Shown here: one piece after another, positions 1 to 11,278 of the stretch
How positions within the stretch are numbered: position 1 is the stretch's first letter
How the letters are laid out: each line of letters begins with the position of its first letter
DNA from: Marsupella aquatica
Taxonomy: Eukaryota; Plantae; Marchantiophyta
Direction: 5' to 3'
Length of the DNA stretch: 64,000 nucleotides
Assembly (NCBI GenBank): GCA_973895155.1
Contig: OZ316892.1
Location: forward strand, 19,259,457-19,323,456
The notes under the pieces: model-generated
Databases searched by the model: none
What the model was told of the DNA's origin: nothing
Seen by the model: the letters and a program-made list of their open reading frames with translations, nothing else
Program-made: the position numbers and the translations under genes

Positions 1-93
1 TTGTATCTTCATCTTTTTACCAAAAGTGTCAAGTCTAAAAACCAAGCTTTGTGAATCTAAAAATTAGATGTTCACATATATAATGATCTTTAC

Positions 94-1350
94 CTGCAAG
101 AACTCTGATTAGCCATATCGTGCTCTGATTAGCAATATCATCAGGTTGTTGTCTACTTGGTCTGTTCAGATTTCTGCAGCTATCAGGCCCTGCTTGGATC
201 TCTACAGCTATGAGGAGCCTTGCTTGGATTTCTGCACCTATCGGGAGCCATGGTCTGGTCTCTACAACAGATTAAGAAAACCTATTATTTATTTTACAAT
301 ACTAAACTTTACATAATCTGATAGAGAAAAGAGACTTGCATAACTTACATATTTACCTAATAGGTCCTTCATTGTTCACATAGTCTCTTCTTTGTACTTC
401 TGAATTCCTGGTCTAGGAGTTTCCTCTCTGCAAAAGATTTAAGAAAAACCATGAGTTTACAATTATACTAAATATTAGATATTAATCTTCTACATAAAAG
501 AGACTTGTATAACATGGTTACTCATAGGTCCTTCATGATCCTTCATAGAGTCTCTTTTCTGCACTTCTGGCCTTCCTGGTATAGGAGTTTCCTCTTCCTC
601 TCTGCATTTAAACAAAATGTGAATGGTAGATTACTAAATGGTCTATTTCAATATAGTTCACAAAATTAAGAAAATAAGTCAAGAGTACAATGTACCTGAG
701 ATTTGCCTCATCAGCCAGATCAACATAATTCCTTCTCCTGGTTGTTGCAAGATCTGGTTCATTCTCAATGGTAGACTTGGGCCTGGGTGCCCTCTGTGTT
801 TGAAATCTACACAATCCCAAGAAAGAAAAGGTTAAATAAAATCATATAAATCTAGATGATCGAGCTCAATAACAATACATTTTTTAAAAACACCTTGTAT
901 CTCATGTAAGGTGATTGCCTTCCACTGCCTTCATCTTCCTCTAGAGTTGTTTCATTAGTGATGGAAAGAAGCAATCACCAGAAACAAAAAATTGGCTAAA
1001 AATATAGTCACACTTAGTCTAACAAAGGATAAAACTACCATACAATCAAAGAAAGGTCTAAACACTAGTCCAAAATGACCTGATGAACACAAAGTGGAAA
1101 CAACAGATCCTAACAAATCCATTCTCGTCCCTCATATGATAGTCATCCCATGGTATCCAAAATTTGGTTTTCCGGCCATATTGTGACGCAAAGAAAAACT
1201 TTGTTATAACAAATTCCAAGCATCACTCCATTTAGCTCCAAAGACTAACCTGTGACAAGTTACATGAGACGGATGAGTTAGACAAAGAAGCGCATACCAC
1301 TAGGTATACCGCCAGACAGATTCATAGGTTATGTTCACAAAATCCTGTAC
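94..1350 (-). mobile_element. Degenerate spliced transposon gene remnant, possibly CACTA/EnSpm-like
   Basis: Short purine-rich exon-like blocks bounded by GT/AG on the minus strand (~806-696, ~602-520, ~429-356, ~263-96), separated by AT-rich introns; two blocks form a ~167-bp direct duplication. A peptide DDYHMRDENGFVRI near 1105-1147 loosely resembles the 'DxxGF' segment of CACTA DUF4216. Frames contain stops. Confidence 0.3.
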
Positions 1351-1358
1351 ATTGACGT

Positions 1359-3140
1359 TGTAGTAAGAAAATTAGACTATATGAAGAATAACTTGGTTTT
1401 TTGTGAAAATATTTATGTGAAAGTAGATTTTGACTTCTACCAAAGTAAAATTATAAGTATTGGTAATTTTCAGAAATTACCATGGTGAAAAATAATTTCT
1501 AGAATCTACCATAGTAAATAGTGAATTCTTAAATTTACCTTAGTAAAAAGGTAAAATTTTGGTAACTTATAGAATTTACCATGGTAAAAAAGTAAATTCT
1601 AGAATTTGCCGTGGTAAAAAAATTAACTCTAGTAAGTTTTAGTAATTTCTAGTATCTTCTAGGATACTCTTGTAAAGGGATGAGCGTGGCCTGGCTCCAA
1701 CTATAAATAAGAGGAAGGCTCGCCCTCCCAGGGGAGTCCATTTTCTAGCATTTCAAGTGTATGAGTGCGAAGATAGAGAGTGCATAGAATGTATAGAGTG
1801 TGCATTAGATTTGCATTGGAGGAATGCTTGAACATCGGTTTTAGGACTAAATAGAATGGCTATGCTACCGGTTTCTATGGTGGAAGGGTTCTAAGTTTCA
1901 TAATTTTTGGTCATGAAAAGCACTGCCACCACTCGAGTACCTTGAAGATAGAGCTTTGAATTTGGCAAGGTTGGCTATGTCGCCAATATCATAGATATAA
2001 CGTTTACAAACTTGTGATCAAGTAGGGACGGTTCTGTCGTTGAATCTCTCTTAGTTAGAAAGCATATAGAAAGTATGAATATCAATATTGATTGAATGAG
2101 AGTCCACAAATTCTGAATTTTCATTCTACGGTGAGCATTAAGTTGATAGTAAAGAAAAAGGTAGATATTAGGCAAGTTCTTACATAGAAGTTTGGGAAAG
2201 AATGATACATTGCAATTATCGCATCATCGGATTCATTAATACTCTATAGATGCACAAATTAATGAAGATGTGAGTGTTTTCATAATAATGTAATAAATGA
2301 GAGATCATAGCTAAGAGTTGAAAGAAGTACGTAGAAAAGATTATCACTTGGAGGAGAGATTTGTGGAGTGTGGACCTGGCCCCGACTACTCTGGTGTTAT
2401 TGCCAATAACTGGAGTAGATCACACATATCTCATGGTACCAAAAGTGCTTAGGAGTCCTTGCAAAAAAGGTACGCCCTTCCCACCTAGTTTATCTAGAGA
2501 AAACCGCAAGAGGCACAAGGGAACCCAAGGAACTTGAGAAATGGCCGAGAGGAGACAAGGCTCTCAAAGGAATTGGTTCTAAGTATGAGGTCTCTTATAA
2601 GTGGTGAATAGCATACTTAGCACATGCACCCAGACACCCGACGTGTTCTTGAGAGCTTACTATTCCCATGACAACATGTGGAGTGATTGTTTACACGTCT
2701 GGTGAGGCTTAAAGTTTGTTGATGGCAGACAATGAGAGCGAGCCTGTAGCTTGTCACGGACCAACAGTTGGAAAAGGCCGGCTGAACCTTTCCTGTATGA
2801 CAGGGACAAGCTCTTGAGGTTGCAGCACGCCGCACTTGAGGGGCACTTGTAGCACGAGGAATGGTGGATGCAATGTCTCAAGGATTTGGGCTCACAAATT
2901 GCGGATGAGCTTGAGGAGCTGCTTGCAATTCTAGAATCCAGCCATTTGAGGCAAAGAAGCAAGAACAATGAGAGGGGGGTTACGCAACATTGCACGGCAA
3001 AATATGAGGCCCTGAAGAAAGTCTCCATGAACACCTTAGATATGTATTCTCGACCACTCAGCCCCAAACAGTCATTCTTGATACAAGAAAGCAGGGAACA
3101 ATGGACATGGTTGGCAGAGAAGACATACCCTGGATGTTGA
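1359..3140 (+). mobile_element. Probable degenerate LTR-retrotransposon segment (LTR-like promoter plus decayed internal region)
   Basis: TG start at 1359, repeat array, ctataaat TATA at 1701, CA-TGGTACCAAAAG at 2432-2445 resembling a degenerate tRNA-Met PBS, followed by purine-rich interrupted reading frames. No intact domain recognised. Confidence 0.3.
1437..1618. repeat. Array of 6 imperfect palindromes, consensus TTTACCATGGTAAA, ~30-40 bp spacing
   Basis: Copies at ~1437, 1477, 1506, 1534, 1575 (perfect palindrome tttaccatggtaaa) and 1605; a TATA-like ctataaataag follows at 1701. Confidence 0.8.
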
Positions 3141-5069
3141 CTTGATCAAGAAGGAGAGGGATAAGAAGATATTGAGCTAACAATTTGTTGCGTCTTTGCG
3201 TTATGATTCATTCTAAGGTAGCAATCAAGTCCTTTAATAGTAATACATGTTGTGCTGTAGCTTCAGTAGAGGCAACAATAGATGCCACTGTGAACAGTAA
3301 ATTTAAAGAGTGCAATATTGAACATAAAACAAGAAAGCATTCAAAATCTTACCGCAATATGCACTACTAGCCAAAACAAGATGTTGATCAAAGCAGATCT
3401 ACGCTCCCAGCTGCAATGTTGGAATAAATAAGTATGTTTGAAAAATTAAAAACCTGCAAATGAACGGCACACTGGCCCCTGACTGGCCCCGATGGTTCTT
3501 GCCTGTTTGTTGGAAGAGAATCGACAACAACACCAAAAAGCAAGAATGTGCAAGAGGTTAAGAACTCACAAATACTCTCCTCCAAAAGTAAACTCGCTAC
3601 TCTGTTATTTGTTTGGACCATGCCCTGGCCTCTCCTTTGGCCCGTTGTCTCTGTTTTCTGTTGTTCTCAAACAAATGTTCGCCAATAAACTCAAAACGAC
3701 AAGGACCAGTACCTTCCACTACCTTGATGTTGGCCAGAGCAGATGTCACATGCCAAAGTTAGTAGTAGTTGTCAACTAGAGTTAAAAAGTGCATAACTAT
3801 AGTTAGAAATAACCACGGTTAACAACAAAGTAGGGTTAGAAGAAAAAGTAATGCATTGTAGGTAATAAAAGGATGAGACAACTAGGAGATGACTAGGTTA
3901 GGTAGGCCTTGGCTAGGTTAAGGAGAAGTGGGTTAAGTTGAGTCACTTAAATACTTATAACATAGAAGATAATGAATAGCCCACTCCGCTAATTTATGAA
4001 AAAGTCACAAGGCAGAATTAGGTCTTGAAATTCAAAGCATAGATAGTATTAGGTCTAGGTAACGCATTGGAAAAATGTCAGCCCAAACGAAGGTCCCAGT
4101 AATGAGTAAGAAAATAGGAGAAGTAAAGGCTTGTGATAGTAACTCAAGAAAGGCAGGACAAAGTGTGTGTTATAGGAGTTAGTGAAGAAGGCCGGGTGTC
4201 ATCACCTGAGCCCTTCTCATAAGGATAAGATACAAGGAACAAATCTACGTGGCAAACAAGGAAATGGCAGCAAAATTTAGGCAAAATGGAGTCGGCTGCA
4301 TTGAAGAAGTAACAAACTCTTCCATAAGGACAATTCCCGTTGACTCATGGAAACCGGGGAGATCACATGGAGCAGATAGATTGAGGGCAGGAAGAGATAA
4401 GGAAGATTTGGAAGGATGTCGGGAGGAATTTTGTGGTGTTGTGTTGCTGCCTCAATGCTGGCGTTGCTGCTATCATTCAATTGTTGGGTGCTACTGCTTC
4501 TATTGAAGCTGCTCAATGTTGTTGCGCTGTTGAGAGAGCTAGATACGGCTAAGAGATCGAGCCCATTATTGATAGAGTTTGCTGCTGAATGGAGAGCTCA
4601 TGCTGCTTGTTGTGCTACTTCTATGCTACGCTGTCAGGGAGGAGAGAGGCGTTGCTGAAGCATTGAATTGCTATGAAATGGAGGCTATGGAGATTGAGCT
4701 CTGATGCTGGAGAGTTATGTTGAAGGAGTGTTGTTGAATGTGTAGCTGCTGATCCAGATTATGTGTTGTTGCACGAAGGTTATGTGCTACTGCTGATCAT
4801 TGCTGAGGAGTAGTATGTTGGCGTTGCTATACTACTATGGCTATTGGCTATCAATGTTGATTTGATCAAAGCTGCTTGGAGCTGTTGAGCTTTGTAGCTT
4901 AAATTGAATAAGAGCTATGGCTGCTGAAGGGCGCTGCCATGGGGAGGAGCGCTGCTGAGCTTTGCAAAGAGAGAAAAAAGAAGAGAAATTAGTGGGGAGT
5001 ACTGCCGCTGCCTCGCGCGCGCTACGCCTTGCCTAAGTGCTGCAAAATGCTTATGGCAAAAGAGAGGGT

Positions 5070-5363
5070 TGTTAGGAATTGACTCGAGTTCCTGACTTAG
5101 TTAGCTTGGCCTTACTAGGGTTAGTTAACCCTGGATTACATTAGGATAAGATCCGCTTAGTTTAGGCCCATTCATCTTGGCCCCCCTTGGGGGGTATAGG
5201 CTGGAGGGAGAGAACTCACTCCCTCATTCTTCACATGTACTCTCATTTGCTATGGAGCCTTCAGGAGTTTCTCCACTCGGGGTGTCTTGTCAGTGTAGCG
5301 TCTGATTGAGTGTCTCTCATGTTTTCACATTGCTGTCTAGTCTGGAGCCAACGGTTTCTTACA
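5070..5363. mobile_element. Solo LTR, 294 bp
   Basis: Starts TGTTAGGAA and ends TTTCTTACA; flanked by agggt (5065-5069) and agggc (5364-5368), a 5-bp TSD with one mismatch. Confidence 0.6.
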
Positions 5364-5365
5364 AG

Positions 5366-5438
5366 GGCAACAATCGGGTTTGAACTCGCAACCTGCTGCA
5401 TGATAGGGAATTAGAATGTGCTACCAAGGGAGCCGTCA
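5366..5438 (-). other. tRNA-like sequence (degenerate tRNA or SINE head)
   Basis: Minus strand reads ...GGCTCCCTTGGTAGCA...GCAGGTTGCGAGTTCAAACCCG...: A-box-like and B-box (GTTCAAAC) motifs at tRNA spacing; no clean cloverleaf. Confidence 0.4.
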
Positions 5439-6466
5439 AGGCTATTCGTTTTAAAAAGCAAACATCCACTCTACATAAGCTCGTAGCAACATCCTGCCAG
5501 ACTTGTTTGGAGTACTTTGAGGCCGGTTTGAAGCCGAGTGAGGGACCAGGAAGAGTAGGGGAGGACCCAGCAAGGGTGCCTCTACTTTATAGAGGCCTGG
5601 GAGACCATTTTTAATTCAAGTGGGATGTGTTAAGGAGTTTTCTTGTAGGCCTTAAAAGCGGCCTTTGTAATAAGATGTGGGGCTATTATGAAGCCCGACA
5701 CTTGGTGGACATGGTTGGGGGATGAGAGTTATAGTTCAGGTATTGCTGGTTAGCTGAGTGGGAAGTCATAAACTCTAGTTATAGCAATTATAAACTCGGT
5801 GGTGTCACCAACGTTCTGTCAGGGTAAGTTCTAGCGGAATTACTCTCCAGTTAAGTCTCAAACTATGGGAAAAATTACCTGTATTTCTATGGTAACCCGA
5901 GACTTAGTGGCAAAACCCAAGACTCAGCGGTAACCTGGGACTCAGTGTAGTACCGACTCTCAATTAGAGGCCGAACTTGAAGTATTTTTTCCGTACGAGA
6001 TGCTGCTTATTGAATATTTGTAACCCGGTTTGTTGTAAGAGTTACCAAGGGAGTACCCTGGTTACTCGTGTCATTGGGAGCTTGCTGCTGTCCGTGCCCT
6101 GTGTGAAAACTAGAGACCTGGTTGTAGTTAAGTTGACCTGCGGTTAAAGTCAAAACTTAACCCGGGTTAAGAATTAGCGGGAAAGTAGTTACGCCTGGGT
6201 TAAGTTCCAAGGTGACCACTAACCTGAGTTAACACCCTAGGCATGGTTTGGCTTGGCTTGGTTTGGTTTGGAGCCCTGGGGTGTTGAAATAAAGAGGAGA
6301 AGCAGGGGGCTACCTCCTCACTTGTTCAGCTGTACACCTTCTTAGAGGCTAGGAGTTTGGGGGCTGGGCTCTTCCTTGGAGGGCAGCAGCATGAGCTTGA
6401 GGCACTAGGATGGGGGGACAGTGAACTAGTCCACTAGGTAGGCAGCAAGGAGAGGGTCAAGGGAGG

Positions 6467-6949
6467 TGTTGTGATCTGAACTTGTACTATTCCCTGTAAT
6501 AAAGACTCATGTGTAAACCTCAGTCTTGAACTGTCTAGTGAGATGTCAATCCATTGAGCATGTATGTAGACTCAGGTGTGACCCAATACCAGAGAGGTAA
6601 AGCTTGAAGCTTGTGGATGAGAGCAGGTCGGCAATTGTCTTGTTGTGATAGAAAGTGGCAAGCCTACAGTCCTTCGTGAAGGAAGCAGGGGACTCTCTTG
6701 TGTGACGGCTATATAAGGGGTCTGCGGGGACAGCTTGTGGGGTGTGCACTTGCCGTGTTGAGATCGGGAGTGGGGTTGTGTGAGTATTTTCCAGTGGGAA
6801 AGCAGGGGAGTGATAGCCACCCTTCGAGGTTATCTTTCCAGTGGTGGAAATAAAATTACCCAATTAGGTGTGTGAGTGAGAAAAGAGAGAGTTAAGGAGA
6901 AAGAGACCTCCTGTCCTGCTATTCGCCCGTCCTAGGAACCTGGACAACA
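6467..6949 (+). mobile_element. 3' LTR of a truncated LTR retrotransposon
   Basis: Perfect terminal inverted hexamers TGTTGT...ACAACA; purine tract aagggagg (6459-6466) directly upstream, as expected for a PPT; internal ctatataagg TATA at 6709. No matching 5' LTR recognised in the window. Confidence 0.55.
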
Positions 6950-9607
6950 ATAAGAAGGGGCATAAGTGGTGAAGTTAACTATAGTGGAGAGTTAAGCCCC
7001 ATTGCAAGGTGTTGACAGCAGATCAAAATATGTGACGAATGTACTACACATAAGTATATTACAATGCTAGTACGATATCCATGCAAAAACATTGGGAGCA
7101 AAACATCCAGTCAATTACAACTTTGGACAATGCATATATAGAGAACGTACATACCTGAGAAACTGGCTGATAGGAGACAAAAAACCCGGGGTCCTCATTT
7201 ATTTCCTTTCTACCCATCACACAAAAGTAAGTATAGGGTTTGTTTATTGGGTTGAGAAGAATACTTTTAAATTGAAGTAGAAGAACATTACACTTTTCTA
7301 AATCCAATTTTGAGAATTATAGAAAAGGTAGGGTTTTATAAATGAATTTTGAGAATATTTTGAGAATATTCCAAAAAGATAGGGGCCAAAAACTAGTTCA
7401 AAATTTTTTTTATTTTTATTTTTGAGGGTGTTTAATAGCTAAAAATGTCGACCGTGTTATGAGAACCCCGTTAGAGTGAGGCCCCCGAGCAAAAACCCAG
7501 GTAAAGTTCTGCCAAAAGTGGAAAAGACTTTTCAGTGGCAGAGGTGGAATTGGAGAATCATTGCCACTAAGACAAATGCTAGTCCCAGGGCAACCACAAT
7601 AAATGGTTTACCATGTCACTAGGGTCTAAGTAAGTCAGGAACCACTTCTGCATTACTTTGAATACATTGATGCCCTGTTTCTTGAGGACCATTGTCTGCT
7701 TCCCTCCACATGCTCTTTTGTGGGTTGTCTTGAATAGGGCATCTCAAACTGCCCAATCGGGACCTCAACAGTCACAGGCAAGCACATCTTGAGGAACATG
7801 AGAAACATCAGGCAGCACAACAAGTTGTCAAAGAGTAGTCAAACAAAGAAGCCTGCAACTTTTGTGAGAGAGTAGAAGAGCACAGACAAGCTTACAAATT
7901 GACAAGAAGACAAACAGAAACTGTAAAGTAGCACAAACAGAAGATGTATGAGAGCACGAGAGAAGTTGAATAGCATGAACAGTCTAAACTGTGGAATAGC
8001 ACAAATAGAAATTGTTAGAGTGCACACTTTCTAGAAGTTGTCAAACATGCAGCACAGTCAAAGAGAAGTCATCTAAGTAAGTCTAAACTACACCTGTATC
8101 AAACAAAAGCGATTAATTAGAACCACTTAGAGAGAGTTGAGAAAAATCAGTACATGAAATGTATTTCTCCCACACTGAGAGATTGCAGTTGGTGCCTTTG
8201 TCTCATACAGAGGATGTGAACAACAATTCATCACTGCTCTAGCTTCAAAGCACCTAATTGACCAAATGTATGGACTCCCTCTTTTTAGAGCGTTGTGGGC
8301 TATAGTGGGCCCCAAAATGAGGGCTTTAACCCAAGGTTGTAGGGCTATTATTGTTCATAATGCTTAAATAATAAAGAGTTAATATACTCTTGACAAACCC
8401 TAAGTATCATGATCCCAAATATCATGCAAGTTAATATTTGATTGTTTCTACCAAGACAAGTAGTCAAAAGGCAAATCTAGAAATGCCCTTGCACCAGGCA
8501 TTTTTCTTCCATAAGCTACAGAAATCTACAAAGACAAAAATCTTGAAGAGATGTAAGACAGGAAGAGAGCACTAATGTTTCTTTTAGTGACAAAAATTTG
8601 CCAAGTTTGAGCTACCGTCTTCCCCCAAACAAAGTGCCATGGCGCTGTATTCAAATAGTGGGCCATGGGGTACTTTTATTTGAATTGTGTGTCTGAGGAA
8701 TTATATTCAAGTTTTGACAATCTGTTTCAGTTTTTTGTACTTGTGGCATTGTGCTGGACAATAGACATTGTTCAAATATTGGCAAAATGGGCATTGTATT
8801 TGATTTTCTCAATTATTGCTCATTTTCTATTCCGGGGCCGTTGCGTGGAGCTTGGGTAGCACTTGGTTTCCCTCGCTTCCCCCCAAATTTTAATGGTAAT
8901 AAAAAATGGATGCAAGCTCACCTCAACAGCTCTATTAAGGTCTTAATTCTACAGACGTCATGACTATTTTCCTTGTGTTTGAATGTGGTAGTCCTGTCCA
9001 GTTCAATAGGGGCAACTAGCAGATATATAGGACATCTTCAGCTTGCCCCATTTTGTATGAGATCAACTTAGAAGGATCGGACATATATGTACAAAATCAC
9101 CCGCCACATATGAAAACAGACATGAAAAGACTTGTCTAAACACAGATGACACTTGTATTGGAGTGTTAAGCCTTAGGATTTCACAAGAACTGAGATATGA
9201 ACCTTATTGCTCTATTTGAGATAATCCAATTCAAAGGTCTTCAGACTCTTTCTCTGTTCTTAATTTCTTTTGTTCATTCATGAAATAACCCACAAATCCA
9301 TCGACGTGATGATGGTCAAAATTCCATTTTTCCTTTGGACTACCATACTTTAAGGTTAAGAAACAAGCACCAAGAGAGATACAAGGTAAAAAGTACTCCA
9401 ACACGTTTTTCTAACAATCACAAAATCAATTGCAACTCATATGTTTGGTCTGCCTGGGCTTCTGATGCAATGCAATACCTAGAGACCTATAGTTTCTAAG
9501 CAGACAAAACTCAATTAAGATTGAACAATTCAAGCCTCGTTGCTATCACTAAGTTTGGTATACAATCAAATAAACTCAAGGTTCCTCCTGCAGAACATTG
9601 AGCACAT

Positions 9608-11278
9608 TCATTCATGGCTCTCTTTTGAATGATACATCCTCATTTCTTTCAGTATTCTCTGAACCTCATTGTTGCTAGGTTTGATTTTAACAGCTTTTGC
9701 AAAGTCATCAATTGCTTTGGATAAATCTCCAATATGATATCGAGCAATCCCCCTTCGAATAAGCATGTGTGCTTTCATACCAAGTTTCCACTCTTCTACA
9801 CCTGCACCTTCAATGCTTAATCCCCGCATGCTACAACACCCTTTGCCACTCAAACAAGTCAACAATTCCAGGCTTTGCACTGGAAACTGAATTTTCACAC
9901 TCCCATGCATTGGGTCCCTAGCACAATTATCATGATGGGTCACGTCACAACTAGCACTTGGAATGCTGCAAGCTTCTGAAGGAACCAATGAATTTTGAGC
10001 TAGAATTGTTTCTTGTGCACAAGCCACCGTGCCCTTAGTCAAAATGCACAAAGCACTTGTACAATCTTGAACACAAGCCTTGTAATCTCTTAAGTGGAGT
10101 TTGCAAGCTCCCCGATTGGCAAAAGAGACAATTAATGAAGGGTCTTTCTCTAGGGCATCTGTGTATGCATTCAGTGCACTTTGATAGTCTCCAGACTTGA
10201 AGAACTTGTCTCCTTTGTCTTGAAGAAACAGTGGTGCCCTTTCAGATACATCTAAAGAGTCTTCAGATGCCTTTCCGCTCTTCTTTAATTTTATATCTTT
10301 ATCCCTGCTCTCCCTTGCAGGTAAGTGATTTGGTAAATCTGGCTTTGGACTAAATGTCACAGAAACTGTTGAGCAATTTCTCGGTGCAGGTAAGGTTACC
10401 CCGGTGTATCTCAAACCTGCACCATCTCCAACATTTGATTTGAAGCTATCACAAGCAGGAGAGCTCCTGGTTTGCAAATCTTCATTTGGAATTGAATCCG
10501 GATCATTAGCCAAGGAATCTCTGACACTTGGATGACCATTGTGAGGGTAACTTATATTGCTTTCTTTGATGTTTTTAAAAGTCCCCAAATCTTTTGAAAT
10601 ACTTTTTCCAATCAGGGAGCTTGGACTTTGGTCAACATTCTTCTCTTCAGCCCCAGTAAATTGTAGTCTGTTGTTTGGTTTATCAGACATCAACCTTGCA
10701 CGGGGTTTAGCTGGAACACTCCAATTTTCTTGTAAAGGGGGAGGGGTTGAATTTCCGCCCTCATCATCTAATGATGTGAGTTTTTTGAGATCTTCCTTCC
10801 AAGTCTCAATGTTTTCTTGCTCCATCAAATTCTCTGCCTCTTTCCTATCCTCTATCAGTTTCCGCTTAACCTCATCAATTCTCATTTGCTCTCCTACTGC
10901 AACCCGGCCAAGGTTGGAAAACTTTGCTGGGTATTCTTTCCTCAACTTCTCTCTCTCTGATCTAATAGTCTCTAATGATTGTTGACGACGTTGAAGTCTC
11001 ATTTCCTTGTTCCCCTGCATTGACAATCGTTCCCACAATCCAAGCTCCTTCTTCACCAGGAAAAACTTTACAGTACCAAAACCCACTGATGCTTTACTCG
11101 TCTTGCAATCCACTTCACCATATAAATCAGCTTCAAAAAAATAAGGAGCAGAGTTCACCTTCACATAACACTCAGTTGTTATAATGTCTGCTGATGATGC
11201 TATGACATTGGGTATCTTTACATCGATAGATATCCAATTTTCACTCTCCTGCCATAGATGCGCAGGAGTGATTGGCAT
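9608..11278 (-). CDS. DNAAF4: Dynein axonemal assembly factor 4 (DYX1C1/PF23 homolog): CS/p23 domain, coiled coil, C-terminal TPRs; 556 aa, single coding exon
   Basis: N-terminus MPITPAHLWQESENWISIDVKIP...YVKVNSAPYFFEADL is a CS domain typical of DYX1C1; central LPAPRN...VTFSPK...LPARES motif; TPR FLQDKGDKFFKSGDYQSALNAY...ANRGACKLHL. Uninterrupted 1671-nt ORF; probable 5'UTR intron acceptor (cttacag) at 11311-11317. Confidence 0.9.
   Translation of the reverse strand: MPITPAHLWQESENWISIDVKIPNVIASSADIITTECYVKVNSAPYFFEADLYGEVDCKTSKASVGFGTVKFFLVKKELGLWERLSMQGNKEMRLQRRQQSLETIRSEREKLRKEYPAKFSNLGRVAVGEQMRIDEVKRKLIEDRKEAENLMEQENIETWKEDLKKLTSLDDEGGNSTPPPLQENWSVPAKPRARLMSDKPNNRLQFTGAEEKNVDQSPSSLIGKSISKDLGTFKNIKESNISYPHNGHPSVRDSLANDPDSIPNEDLQTRSSPACDSFKSNVGDGAGLRYTGVTLPAPRNCSTVSVTFSPKPDLPNHLPARESRDKDIKLKKSGKASEDSLDVSERAPLFLQDKGDKFFKSGDYQSALNAYTDALEKDPSLIVSFANRGACKLHLRDYKACVQDCTSALCILTKGTVACAQETILAQNSLVPSEACSIPSASCDVTHHDNCARDPMHGSVKIQFPVQSLELLTCLSGKGCCSMRGLSIEGAGVEEWKLGMKAHMLIRRGIARYHIGDLSKAIDDFAKAVKIKPSNNEVQRILKEMRMYHSKESHE

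Noticed and set aside
1359-2184. Solo LTR TG...CTTACA
   Set aside because: No matching TSD and weak terminal inverted repeat; kept only as part of a low-confidence TE block.
10557-11184. Plus-strand ORFs of 142 and 69 aa
   Set aside because: Antisense shadows of DNAAF4.
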